64,000 bases of DNA from Guillardia theta CCMP2712. Taxonomy: Eukaryota > Protista > Cryptophyta. A program made the position numbers and the translations under genes. The notes below the pieces were generated by a model. That model saw only the letters and a list, made by a program, of their open reading frames with translations. It was not told the origin of the DNA and did not search any database. This document shows, in pieces, positions 38,256 to 51,945 of this stretch; position 1 is the first letter of the stretch; each line of letters opens with the position of its first letter. The stretch is taken from contig NW_005434628.1 of NCBI RefSeq assembly GCF_000315625.1, positions 425,310-489,309 on the forward strand. Direction: 5' to 3'.

Positions 38256-39509
38256 GGTCATTCGGAAGTTCATAGCCGCTGTGTACGGTACCGAGTGGGC
38301 CCGGGGCGGGGGGCGGCTCGGACACCGGCGCGGCCAGTGCCGCATGTTGGCCCCCGCTGAAACTTAAGTTCCGAAGTTCTGAGTACCGCTGAGTCCGATC
38401 CGACTCACTGTGTCACGGCGGGCCCGGCGGGGCCCGGGGGCCGGGCCCCGCCGGCCCCGATTCATATTACGCCGAGTCTGTGGCCCTACCGTACCTCGCT
38501 GAGTCGGAGCAAACTGCAAGCCTGAGCGGCAGCACCGTCCACAGCAGAACTTCGGATCCGAGGGCATCGTAATTCATACTAGAGTCAGTAGGCTCAGCAC
38601 GGTCCCGCCCGGCAAAGGCCTTTCTTCCCATAATACATTCCATGGGCGGCCAGCACTGATGGCCTCTTGCAAGACGATCATCGCGGCGTTCAGTGCGCTT
38701 TCTGTGGTGGCTGGCGGATCGCTCGGCGAACCGTTGAAGGGAACGGCAGCCGCTGGATGGTCACTCGGCCTCGCAAGACGTCTCAGGTGATCCGACTTGC
38801 AAACGCATCCGGTCCAGGATCCGAAGTTTCGTCAGCTCAAGGCCTCCCTGTCCTACGCTGCCATCATCGCGGGTGCATCCCGGACGGTACTACGGTATGC
38901 GTCTCATTCCTTCGGCGGCGGCCACAGCGACATCGCTGGCATGGCCGCGCGAGGGCCTTGTCCTGCGCGCCACAGGGGCCCCGACAGCAGTCGGCAGGAT
39001 TGGGGTTGGTTCTCGCTGTCTTTTCTCGGCTTCTCGCCGTTTGGCCTGTGCGACAGCCTGGCAGTGCCCGGCAGTGTCAGGGTCAAGCCTCCTCGACTCT
39101 CCTGATTGTCCTACGGTACGGAGTGATTTTTAAAAGTTAACTTTGAGTAAATCAATGATTAGTAGGCCCGGCTGCGCGCCCGGCCGGCCGGGCGCGGCGC
39201 GCCGGGCCCCGGGGCTGAGCCTCGGATGCCAGGGCCGGGCCAGGTCCGGACCGGGCAACTGGCAAGCGCCCTCCGGGCCGTCGGAGAAATTTGGCGAGAG
39301 AACAAAAGACAGAAAACTGAAAGTTGCCCCTATCCCTTAAAGTTGCTGCCCCCCGCCGGAAACTGACAGTGATAGCAAAATTTGAGCTGTTTGGTGCAAG
39401 GAAGGCTTGCTGCCCTTGGCAGTATTGATAGTATTCTTATGAGATGGTCTGAGGCGGACTTATTGTGTTTACCGGGCTCCTTCTTAGCTCTCAGCATTAT
39501 AATCGGGGA

Positions 39510-41996
39510 ATGGCTGAAGCGACGGAGAAGAAAACCCCGAAGAAAGGTGAGGGAGGGAGGGAGGGAGAGAGAGAGAGAGAGAGAGAGACGGAGGAAGGGA
39601 GGGAGAACGAGCGAGGACGGAGAGGGAGTGGGGAAAGAGGAGAGGGGAGAGAGAGGANNNNNNNNNNNNNNNNNNNNNNNNNNNNNNNNNNNNNNNNNNN
39701 NNNNNNNNNNNNNNNNNNNNNNNNNNNNNNNNNNNNNNNNNNNNNNNNNNNNNNNNNNNNNNNNNNNNNNNNNNNNNNNNNNNNNNNNNNNNNNNNNNNN
39801 NNNNNNNNNNNNNNNNNNNNNNNNNNNNNNNNNNNNNNNNNNNNNNNNNNNNNNNNNNNNNNNNNNNNNNNNNNNNNNNNNNNNNNNNNNNNNNNNNNNN
39901 NNNNNNNNNNNNNNNNNNNNNNNNNNNNNNNNNNNNNNNNNNNNNNNNNNNNNNNNNNNNNNNNNNNNNNNNNNNNNNNNNNNNNNNNNNNNNNNNNNNN
40001 NNNNNNNNNNNNNNNNNNNNNNNNNNNNNNNNNNNNNNNNNNNNNNNNNNNNNNNNNNNNNNNNNNNNNNNNNNNNNNNNNNNNNNNNNNNNNNNNNNNN
40101 NNNNNNNNNNNNNNNNNNNNNNNNNNNNNNNNNNNNNNNNNNNNNNNNNNNNNNNNNNNNNNNNNNNNNNNNNNNNNNNNNNNNNNNNNNNNNNNNNNNN
40201 NNNNNNNNNNNNNNNNNNNNNNNNNNNNNNNNNNNNNNNNNNNNNNNNNNNNNNNNNNNNNNNNNNNNNNNNNNNNNNNNNNNNNNNNNNNNNNNNNNNN
40301 NNNNNNNNNNNNNNNNNNNNNNNNNNNNNNNNNNNNNNNNNNNNNNNNNNNNNNNNNNNNNNNNNNNNNNNNNNNNNNNNNNNNNNNNNNNNNNNNNNNN
40401 NNNNNNNNNNNNNNNNNNNNNNNNNNNNNNNNNNNNNNNNNNNNNNNNNNNNNNNNNNNNNNNNNNNNNNNNNNNNNNNNNNNNNNNNNNNNNNNNNNNN
40501 NNNNNNNNNNNNNNNCCTCCTCCTCTCCTCCTCTCCTTCTGTTTCCCCTTCGCTCTCCTCATCGCTCACTGCAGGCTCAAGTTTGCTGCTGCAGTCACTC
40601 TTGGCTGCTCCATTGGAGACATGTTCCATGCCAGTACAGTCCCTTTTCTCTTCGATTCTCTTCCTCCTCCTCGTCCTCCTCCTCCTCGTCCTCCTCCTCC
40701 TCCTCGTCCTCGTCCTCCTCCTCCTCCTCCTCTTCCTCCCTCTCTCTCTCCTCCCTCCCTCTCTCCTCCCTCCTCTCTTCTCCATCCCTCCCCTCCTTCC
40801 TGCCTCTTCTCCTCACATTTTTCTGTTTTGATTTTCCCCTTACAGGCATTCACGTACACGCTCGACCCCTGCTGGAGAAGAACATCTCACCAGGTGCCAA
40901 CCTATTTCTCTTCTCCCTTATCGTTTTCCCCTCCTCCTCCTCTTCTCAGTTATGCTCTCAGAGTATCACAAGTGGATTGATCCCGGCATCAAGTATTCAT
41001 CGCAAGGTATTCACTCACTTATTCCTGCTCCTCCTGCTCCACCTGGTACTCCGCTTCCTGCTTCTGCTTCCTCTTCCTCCCCGCCCCCCCCCTCCTCGCC
41101 TCCTCGTCCTACTCAGCTTCTGTCAGCTGTGGGCGTCTTCCTCGCTTGGATCCTTCAGAGAATCATGAGCGCGATCCACTGCTCGCTCCGAGGAGCCTTC
41201 CTCTTCGTCTCATCCTCGCAGGTGATGATGATGGCTAGAGGGAGAGAGGGAGGAGGAGGAGGAGGAGGGAGAAAGGTAGAGGAGGAGGAGGAGGAGGAGG
41301 AGGAGGAGGAGGAGGGGGGGGGGGGGGAAGGGCGACGGTTTGTAACTCCGCTGTCGCAGGACGCGCTTGTTAAGCTGGGATATATCTCCTCCCCCGTGCT
41401 CGAGAAGGTAAGGAAAACGGAAAAAAAGAGTCAGGAGGAGGAGGAGGAGGAGGAGGAGGAGGAGGAGGAGGAAAAAAGGGCTGGTGGGGAGGGGGGTGGG
41501 GGGGAAAGAGGAAGTTAAGGAAGGGATTCAAGTTGAAGGACAAAGGCGGTGGGGTAGCGAAAATGAGGGAGTGGATAGTCGGAGGTGTGGGAGAGAGGGA
41601 GAGGGAGAGAGGAACGTGAAGGAGTGAGGAGCTGTTTGCTTCAGGATTCGACTCTCTTCAGCGGGGCTGTCATGCTCTTAGCTCTCATCGGCTTCCTCAG
41701 TCAGGTTGACCCGCCTATCCCTCCATCTTCTTCCTCCGTCTTCATCCTCCCTCCTCCCCCTCGCCCCCCCCTCCTCTATCCCTCAGTAACTTCCTCCCTC
41801 TCCCTCTCCTTCCTCCCCCTCCCTCCCTTCCTCCTCATTTTGCTGACGCTTCTTCAGGCCTCCTACGGCTTTGGCCTGCCCTTCCCCCTCAACCTTCTCT
41901 TCCTTCCGGTGACTTGACGCGACTCGAGCGAGCATGACGGGTGTGCAGGTTTACGTGCTGGAGTTTGTGATCACCCAGATGATCGGGAGTGTGTGA
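39510..41996 (+). CDS. Uncharacterised multi-pass membrane protein, multi-exon, partly in a gap
   Basis: Short exons LKFAAAVTLGCSIG, EYHKWIDPGIKYSSQ, VGVFLAWILQRIMSAIHCSLRG, GAVMLLALIGFLSQ, YGFGLPFPLNLLFLP and VLEFVITQMIGSV*. Putative first exon MAEATEKKTPKK lies before the gap. Confidence 0.65.
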
Positions 41997-42242
41997 GGAG
42001 AGGAGGAGAGGGTTAAGGAGGAGAGGGCGGAAGAGAAGGAAGAGCGGAGAAGGGGAAGGATGTAGATGGAGGAGGGGGAGGAGGGAGGGGGAGGAGGGAG
42101 GGGGAGGAGGGAGGGGGAGCAGCAGCAGCATAACTTTCTCTTTGTCTCGCTCTTGGAAGGTTTCAAGCTCGATGGGCTTATCTATCTTCTACTCATCCCC
42201 CTCATCCCCATCATCCCCATCATCTTCGTTGCTGCTGCATGT

Positions 42243-43170
42243 TTAACCTTGGAACGGAACAAATTCCAAGCAATCAATGCTCTCCCACTCCATGCCCCCA
42301 CGTCCTTTCTTCCCTCCTCCTCCTCCTCCTCCTCCTCCTCCTCCTCCTCCTCCTCCTCCTCCTCCTCCTCGTTCTTCCTCTTCCCACGAGCAAGCAAACT
42401 CAGCTATGCAGCAGTAGGGTGTGTGACGGATCCTGGGACCTTTCGACTCCAGCGACAGGTCACGAATCCCCTCCCTATGAGCTACAACGAGCAAATCTCG
42501 CGTCTGTCCTCCTCCTCCTGCTCCTCCTCCCGCATGATCGCTTGGCATGCTAGCGACGTCACGGCAGATCTTCTCCCTTGTCTCTGGTCAGCAGTAGCAG
42601 CTCACGCCTCCTCCTCACTCACAGAGTCGCCTGGAAGTTCTCCGCATACTCCAGCGATCCCACGAGAGGCAGGGCAGGCACAAGCCTTCTTGCCTCCTCC
42701 TCCGTCCTCAGCCGCCATCGCGTTCCGTTGAGCGTCCAGTGCACCCCCACTCGGTGGAGGGGGTAGCTGTCAATGGCTGCCGCGCAGGTGCAGAGCCCGG
42801 GAACAGAGAGGACGCTCAAGTTGAGCTCCTGGGCGTTCAAGTTATGGGAAGGGGCGAGGAGAGCAGGAGCGAGCAGGAGCAGGAGCAGGAGCAGCTTGCT
42901 GGTTACCTGAGCGAAAGCCGAGGCAGTCTGCAGAGCTCTGAGGAGGGGAGAGGAGTAGATGACGTGGAAGAGGGAGGACGAGGAGCCCTGTCGCTGCTGC
43001 AAGTACCTGTGAAATTTCCTCGCTACCTGCTGCGCATGTTGGCCGCCAGCTTGTGTGAGCGGAGGGTCGAACCAGACGTCTTTGCTCGCGCCTGTCCTCC
43101 CCCAGTCGCTCCCTTCCACCTCATCCTCCCGTTGCCCGTGCCGTACGATCCAAACTCTTACTCTGACCAT
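42243..43170 (-). CDS. Histidine phosphatase (phosphoglycerate mutase-like) family protein
   Basis: WIVRHGQRED, DPPLT..G..AQ, IYSSPLLRALQTA, LLVVAHREG and PYCCIA. Confidence 0.9.
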
Positions 43171-43561
43171 GCCTCCTGCCCCTGCACCTTCACCTTCTGT
43201 ACTCAGGCGTCCTTTTCTTTGGTTCCGTCAAGCAGCGTCTCCTTCCTGGTCCTGCGAGCTCTGTCAAGGCACAAGAATGAGCTCAGAACTTCTTCTGTGA
43301 GATTTCGTGAGTTTGGTCGCAGAGGTTCGAGTTGCCCCAACCATCACCACCAGTACCACCAGCACCTCCTCCTCCTCCTATCAGTAGTTACTTCGTCCGC
43401 CCCTCCTCGATTAAATTCATGTTCGCCCTCACCCATTCCCTTCTCTCTCCCCTCTGCCTTTCATCTCCTCCCCTTCTCTTCCGTCCTCCTGTCTCCTATC
43501 AGCTCTCAAGTTTCGTCAGTTGGAGCCCACCAGCTCTTCACTTCTCTTCCTAACCCTCTGA

Positions 43562-44206
<645 letters not shown>

Positions 44207-44311
44207 TGAGANNNNNNNNNNNNNNNNNNNNNNNNNNNNNNNNNNNNNNNNNNNNNNNNNNNNNNNNNNNNNNNNNNNNNNNNNNNNNNNNNNNNNNNNN
44301 NNNNNNNNNNN

Positions 44312-47300
44312 GAAGAGCAACGGCTGCAGCAGCAAGGCAAGAGGATAGGAGAGTCTCTCACTTTGTAACTCAACTCACCTGTGCTTGTTGAGGAGATTGT
44401 TGTATGAGCCTGTCCGCGGCAGTTTTCCATTGAGAGCTTCCATCAGCATCACCCTGAGCTCCGGCTTGCTCTGCAAACTTCCAAGGACCTGGGCCAGACA
44501 AATCAGCTCCTCGACCTTATTGTCTCCCACTCTTGCATCCTCCCTCGACCCCCTTGTCCCTCTCCGTTCTCCCGTGTGCTCCCTCCCCTCCCTCCGTTCG
44601 CCTCTCCGTCCTCAACCCATCTCCTCCTCACCTGTCTAATCTCGCTCTCCAGCATAGGGCGGGGAAGCAAGTCACTCTCGAGGATCTCGAGGGCGGAGGG
44701 TCTCGTGTGCGGGTCGTGGTGGGTCAGCCAGCGGATCAGCTGGCAGACGTTGGACCTGTTGGCCTGCACCTGAAGCCTCTCGAACCCCTCGGGAAACACA
44801 TCCATCCTCCTCAGCCGGTCGATGCTCGTGATCCTCTCCAGTACGTTGTCAAACTTGCACCACATCTCGAACAGCACGATCCCGATCGCGTAGATGTCTC
44901 TCTTGCTCTGGTCCTTGTACGGCTTCCCTCCTCCGTTGATGATCTCGGGAGCCAAGTACAGCATCGTCCCAACATGAGCCGACGACTCGTCGTTGTCCTT
45001 GTACGCATGCTGCTGCCCCCCCTTCGCGTCCTCTGTGTCCTCCTGCTCCGCCAGCTTCTGGCTGTACCGTGCCAGTCCGAGGTCACCGATCTTGATGTCG
45101 CCGCTGAAGTCCAGGAAGATGTTCTTCGGCTTCAAGTCTCTGTGCACGATACCCTTTGAGTGTATGTACGCCAGCCCGGAAACGAGCTGCCGGAACAGCT
45201 TCCAGGTCGCCTCCCCCTTGTCCGCCAGCCCCTCCTCAATAATCACCTCCGACAGCGTCTTCTGGCAGTACTCCATCTGGATGTAGAGCATCTGTTGGTC
45301 GCGCTCCCCCGCCTCCTGCAGCCTGTCGAGATGATCTCGGTGGCTGCCGCTGTGATCGTTGACAGACTCAATCCATGCCTGGTAGTAGCGGACCACGTTC
45401 TGATGATGGAGCCCTGGTGGACAGTTAGCAGCAGGCAGCAGCTGCGAGCGAACAAGAGGTGGAGGCAGGAGGAGCGATGCGGTGAGAGGAAGGGAGAGGA
45501 TGACATTGAGCGCACTCAGAACATCACTTCATCGTCATCATAAAGATCGACTTTTCGTCTTCCTCATCACCAGCGATAGCAGCAGCAGCAGCAGCAGCAA
45601 GCTGATCATTCTCACCTGAAAGCGTCTTCACCTCCCTCAGGAGTTTCTTGTTCAGCTCAGCATTCGACGGGTCCAGCCGGATCTTCTTGATCGCATACTT
45701 CTGCCCATCCAGCCGGTTGCGGCACATCCAGACGGCCCCGAACCCTCCCTCCCCGAGCCACTGGAGCTCCTCGAATTCTTGCTTGTACCTCGAGGACACC
45801 GACAAGCCGAAGTTGCCGAAGTTGTCAAGCGTGTGCTCGCCCGACTCCTCCGAGACGTTGGACATGGGCTGAGGAGAGTTGCACAGCGAGTTGTGAGACC
45901 TGTTGGACGACTTCTCCTCCGACGACTTCTCCTCCGACGATTTCTCCGACGACCCAGCCCTCCCCCCGCTGTCGGCATCAGAAGCAAGCTGCAGAGGAGA
46001 CATCGACTGAGAGTGGCTGGAGTTTTCTGAGGGATGCGACATGGGATAGTCTACTCCCACGCTTCCAGACACGAAAGGGTCTGTCATCAGCTCAGAAGCA
46101 GATGGCCTCTGGTCTGGATCCCTCGTGAAGCATCTGGAAAGCATGACATCAGTACGCCGACATGCCCATCACCTCCCGTCTCCATCCCTCATCTCCTCCT
46201 TCCCTCGTCTCTTTCTTCATCCCTTTACACAGGCACGTCTCACTCTATCTCCTCCACGACTACCCTGTGCAAACCCCCCCCCCCCCCCCCCCTCCCTCTC
46301 CCTGGGCTCGCTTTTGGTCCTTTTTCCTCACCTCAACAGGAATCTATGGCATTCTTCCGAGAGCCCCGACGGGATGAGAGGAGGCTCTTCGTTCCTCAGC
46401 ACGCATCTTGCCACCGCCATGTCGTTACTTAGCGACGAGTAGGGCATCACTCCAGTCAGCATCTCCAACACAGTACACCCGATCGACCACACGTCCGCTG
46501 CGATCGTGTACTGCCTCTTGATAACCTCTGGCGCCATGTACCGGGTCGTTCCATGCATGCTCTGCAGCATCGCATGCTCTGCATCCTTCACCACGTTCGG
46601 CAGCCACTTGGCCTCCCCAAAGTCGCTGACCTTTAGCACGCCGTTGATACCCAACAGCAGGTTGCGGGCTTGATGTCTCGGTGCACAACCCCGTTGGAGT
46701 GCATGAACGCAACTCCACAGAGCAGCTGCTGCGTGAAGGGCCGGACTACATCCTCGTCCAACGGCCCCATCATGCGCAGCAGAGCAGCAACACTGCCCAT
46801 GGGCATGTACTCAAGAAAGATTCGGAAGATGCCGGTATCCATCTCGGCTCCATAGACCTGAGTATCTCAGTTATCACTCGCACACTTCAGATCTATCACG
46901 ATTCTCCCTCCCTCACCTCAACGATGTTCTTGTGATTCAGCTTACGTTGACACTCAACCTCGGCAACTATCTTGTCCACCTGGCCCTGCCTCATCGCGTC
47001 CTTGCGCAGAGTGAACTCCTTGATCGCAAACACGCTGCCTGCATGAGGGAGAGCACCAGGTGTGTTGAACTCTGCCATCGCCATGTACACCGTCCCAAAC
47101 CTCCCGATGCCCAGCACCTCTGGTGCCATCATCGTCTTCCCGTCCTCGGACATCCTGTAAGTCATAACCCGTTTCCACCTGAACCTCTGGCTCATGAGCT
47201 GCTGCTGCCGGAAAAATAACGAGGACTGTTTCATTCCCTCCTGCTGGGCCCCGTTGCCGTTCTTCGGCTTCTCACTCGTCCTTGTGGGTGATGCCTCCCC

Positions 47301-47774
47301 AGGCTGTTTCCGCTCCTGCTGCACACTTCCGTTGCTCATTGCCTTGTCCAGAAATTCCTGCGCAGCCTTGGCTAAATCGAAGACCATCTCCTTCCCGACT
47401 AGGTTTCGGACTAGGTTACGCAGGTTTGCCTGCAACTCCTTCACTTGCTGTTCGGAGACTCCTCCCACCGCCTCCACGTCCAGCTCTAGGGACTGCGGTG
47501 TGCGGGGGTACTCCGGCAGCAACGACATCCAGATGTTCACCTCAGGGCCGTCTGACTTGTCCTCGTGCGCCCGCACGCGGAGCTTGAAGCTCCTGCAGTT
47601 GGAGACAGAGTCTTTCTTTCCTCCTCCTCTTTGTCGGAACCCATTGCTAACGTGCTCGAAAGCGTCCTGGTATCGTTGGGCCACAGTCCTGAGCTCAATT
47701 CTTCTGGTCGAGAGCTCGTCACCGGACTCCCCTCCACTTGTGTGACCTCCATGTTCAGCTTCCGCTCTCTTCAT
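44312..47774 (-). CDS. GCN2: eIF2-alpha kinase GCN2 (RWD, kinase 1, eIF2a kinase domain); 3' part lost in the gap
   Basis: RWD-like N-terminus (LPEYP). Second kinase SRYKQEFEELQWLGEGGFG..RNRLDGQKYAIKKI..LREVKTLS..HQNVVRYYQAWIE..LYIQMEYC..HRDLKPKNIFLD..GTMLYLAPE. There is a 1-nt frameshift near 46665. Confidence 0.9.
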
Positions 47775-50700
47775 GGCGGCAAGATCCGAGTGAAAACGTC
47801 AAAGTTGAATCGGATTTGTCATGCAGGACCAGAGATGTCGCAACGTCAACAAACCCGAACAACAACTGCAAGATTGACGATTCCTCTATCTTTCGGGAGC
47901 AGAAGGATTCAGATCCATTCAAAGGTCACGCTTGACTACATGTCCACCCATTCCTTTCAAGCTACCATCTTCCTGCAACAACTCCTATTCCGAGCCCTCC
48001 TCAAGTCTGGTGAACCAGGGGAACGCAGGTTCCAACTGGGAGATTCAATCAGAACAGCAGCCTCTGACGATCGCTAGTCTTCTGCTTCACTGACTTTCCT
48101 GTGGAGCTTTATCAGCTCCCTGCATGCCGCTGCGACTTTCGACCTATCCCGCTGCCCGGCCTCCCCGCCATTATCACAGTTATCGACGCCTCGAGGCGAA
48201 GTTCTACCTGAAGCAGGTTTTAACTTTAAAAGTTTAAATTGGGTATAGTTTTTAGAGGGTTGTTGTTGGAGCCGAGAAGAAATCGATTTAGTACCTGATA
48301 AAAACATTGGTACAAAACTAAATACAAAATTATGGTACTGTATCAGAAACCTTTCTGGAACCACATCGAGTGTTGAGCGGCCCAAAACATTTTAAAAGGC
48401 CTCCAAAATCAGTCTAAGTAGAAGGAGAGATAGGTTCCTTTTTACAATCAGGTTTTTTAATGTACTAATTTTGAATTTTCAAAATACTTATTGAACAACT
48501 TGGTAGATAATGATTGAGTTTAAAACAAAGTTGTTGTTTTTAAAAGTCAGTCAAGCCCTTGTATGTCTCGAAAGGATTGGGGGAGCAGGAGCTTGGTGGA
48601 GTATGGTAGGGTGGGCAGTGAGAAATTGTTGGTAGGGGTGGTATGGAATGAGACTATACCATACCAAGTCAAGGGTAGTCTATGGGAAATCAATGGGTAA
48701 TCGATGAACTGTGAAGTTGCAGGAGCACTGGTGGGGTGGTTCTGAAAGAATCGATGTGGTGGGGTACCCTTAAAAGAGAATGATTGGTAGGGGGTGAGTT
48801 TTGAGCATTATGGGGTGGTAGGGGTACTTCGGTACTGGTTTCCTCGGGAAATAGTTGTGACAGCTGGGGTGTCTTGACTGGGAGAATACCGAGAAAAGGG
48901 GGGTAGGGTGATTCAAGGTTGACTGGTAGCAGGGCTGGGGTGTTTGGACGGAGGGGTGTAGTCCAAGAGGTTATGGTTTAGGTGGGTAGGGTAGTTGGAA
49001 TGAACGGCCCTCCATTTTAATAAATACTTTTATACCCCTATTAACCCTACCCTCTATTCCTGAGGGGATTAGCCTAGTTTACAGGGGTGTTTGGCTTGTT
49101 ACGATCGTGGGTAGGGTGGGAGTCATTTGCAGGATTACTGGGAGAGAATGGGTGGGGTAGTATGAGGTCCAATAAGGGGTGGTGCCAAATGCAACACGGT
49201 GTCCTCGTGGGCAAGGGAAAGAAGGGTGGGTGGTTGTAGATTTAGGGGGTACAAAGAACTATGATTTCCATCAAAATGGGTAGGTGGGGTGTACATTGGG
49301 GGTAGGGGGTGGTACTGCAGGTTTTCTATGAGTGGGGTAACAGCAGGTGGGGGTCATCATTGAACAGCACAAATTGCCGCCGGAGGGTCTTTGAAGGGGC
49401 ACCAATTTGAATGTTTGAAATATTCTTGAGAAATTGATAATCATGCTCCAAGAGTTGGAAAAAGCTTTAGAAATTGGAAGAATAATTTCAACGATGAAGA
49501 GCCAATAGCAAATCGATCGAAATTCTGAAGAGAGTGGGGTAGGGGGTCCTTTGGTTTGCCTTAAGACCCCATCTACCATACTAGAAAGAAGGGGTATCAA
49601 GGTGGAAGGGATGAGGAAATGGGTGGGGTAGTGAGGAGGTTAGAACGAAGCAATGCTGGACAGAAATAGAACAGGAGATGAAGCAGCCGGGGAAGAATGG
49701 CAGCAAAGATTGAGGAAGATTCTGGTGAAGAAGTGAAGATATACTAGGGAAGGAGGTGGACAGTAGGTTGCAAGGAGGAGAAGGGAAGAGCAGCAGTCTT
49801 CTAAGAAGAACGGGAGCCTCGTCAACAAAGTGAGCATGAAATGCGAGGATTTCGCGAATATCACACAGCATGAGAAGAAGTCGTGGGGTGGGAGTAGGAA
49901 GAATAGATAGACCATATCATGTCATGTGCCTCTGTGTCTGTCAGCCACCGCTTAGAAGTGAGCTTAGTAGAGTAAGTGAAAGTGGAAGACCAATAGTTGT
50001 CTACTGGCAGACGCAGGATGAAAGGAGCAGGAGGACTAGAAAGAACATTTGATGCATTACTTTATTGTGATTCAAAATCAAATGAATCGTTTGGTAACTT
50101 TTGCCACCAATGTGGTCACAGTTGGCATCGTCCAGATAGATTTATTTTATCTGTATCAACAATCTAGTGTGGACATGGTGTGTGAGGTTATGAAGTGTCC
50201 TTTTGCAATTGAAAAGCTGGACATGGGAGGAAAACATAGATGCATTTTCAGAGAGGATTTTGTGTAATGAGCCCAAGAAGAGTTAGAATACGTGGATAAG
50301 AAGCTGAAGGCTGAATCATCTGAGCTCATCCTGCAGACATTGCAAACCTTCTGGCGGCACGCCAAGAAACTTGTCAAAGATTTTTCAGAATTTAAGTGAA
50401 GCCTTCGTGGAAGTTGGGGGAATGGCGAAAACGGACTGCAAGGGTGGCAGAAAGGGCATCCTGAGCAAGGTAAGGAGAGGTGAAGGGACATAAAAAGGGG
50501 GGGGGGGGGGGGGGGGGGTCCGTGGGTAGAGGGGGGTTAGGGGTAAGGAAAGGGAAAGGTAAAACGGTTNNNNNNNNNNNNNNNNNNNNNNNNNNNNNNN
50601 NNNNNNNNNNNNNNNNNNNNNNNNNNNNNNNNNNNNNNNNNNNNNNNNNNNNNNNNNNNNNNNNNNNNNAGGGGGGGGTGGCCTGGGGTTGAAGGAGGAA

Positions 50701-51339
50701 AGAAGTAACGTTGTTGTGTGATTTCTTTTGGTTTCTGATCCTGAGTTCTGCAGTTGTTCTACATGCCTTCTCCTTATGCAATCTCCGGGACCCCTCCCCA
50801 CTTCCCTTCCACACTCATCCCTACCTTCCGCAGCCCAAGCTTCCCTCAGCTTCGGGCCTCAGCAGCCACCCGCTCCCTCCGTCGGCTCAATGGTGGTAGA
50901 GGGCTGGAGTCAAGGAAGTTTCTCCCTTTTTTTTGTTGAGGATTGTACAGTTTTTGTTCTTGTTGATATCGAGTGAGTCTCCTCAACACGTGGCAAGCGC
51001 GACATGTGCGTGTGTCATGAATGTTTTTCCTTCTTGACGGGTTTTGGTTGGATCTCACTGAAGGTTGTTGTTAACAAAAATGATTAAAAATGATTCGCGT
51101 GTTTCCCATCAGTCTTCCTGCACACATGGATGCACGTGCGAGCACGAAGGCGGGAGAAAACTGTTGCAACATCAAAAGTTCGCAGGATGCCAGAGACAAC
51201 TGTGAAGAGCCGGTGCAACCCATAAGAAACTTGGATCGGCCGAGTAACAAGCGAACTACTTGCACTGGCACGGAAACGGGAGGGATACTCCCTATCCATC
51301 TGAGACTCGGAGAATCATTCCTGCACCCGAGCATGCCTC

Positions 51340-51893
51340 ACTCCGAGGTAACCCCTCCCTCGTCCACGTCCACGTCCTCTTGCTCCTCGTCCTGCCTGTT
51401 TTGCCTCAATGTCACTTGTGGGACTGAAACAGTAGAGCACAAACCTGTCCGTTTTCTGGCAATTTCCCTTGCTCTGCTAGCTTCGCCCGCAGAGACGACT
51501 GACTTCCATCTTCCTGGCCCGCATGCCCGAACCCGTTTACCTCTGTTCCTCCGCTCTCCTCCAGAGTCCCAGGCTGAGAATATTGTTGGCTCTGATGGTT
51601 CTCCACAGCAGCTGCTGCACCCTCAGTCTCCTGGCTCTTGGCCGGAGCCTTCTGGTTGGTCTGGCGCCTTTGAACGGTGCTCTGCCTGGGAGGAAGCGAC
51701 TCCTGCTCGGCTGTCTTGCCGTCTGCTGCTCCCTCTTCTTTCCCCCCTGAGCCGTTGGTCGCTACTCCCTGGGCGCTGCTCTGCTGCTGCTGCCCTTCAG
51801 CTGGGAGAGGCTTGGCAGGCTGCATGCGGGGCTGATTCTGTCTGGGTTGCTGCGGTTTCCCTGGAGCAGTCGTAGCTGTAGTGCCCTCGGTTG

Positions 51894-51945
<52 letters not shown>

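Noticed and set aside
39330-41168. 400-570-aa ORFs
   Set aside because: They are artefacts of reading through the N-gap and low-complexity CT repeats.
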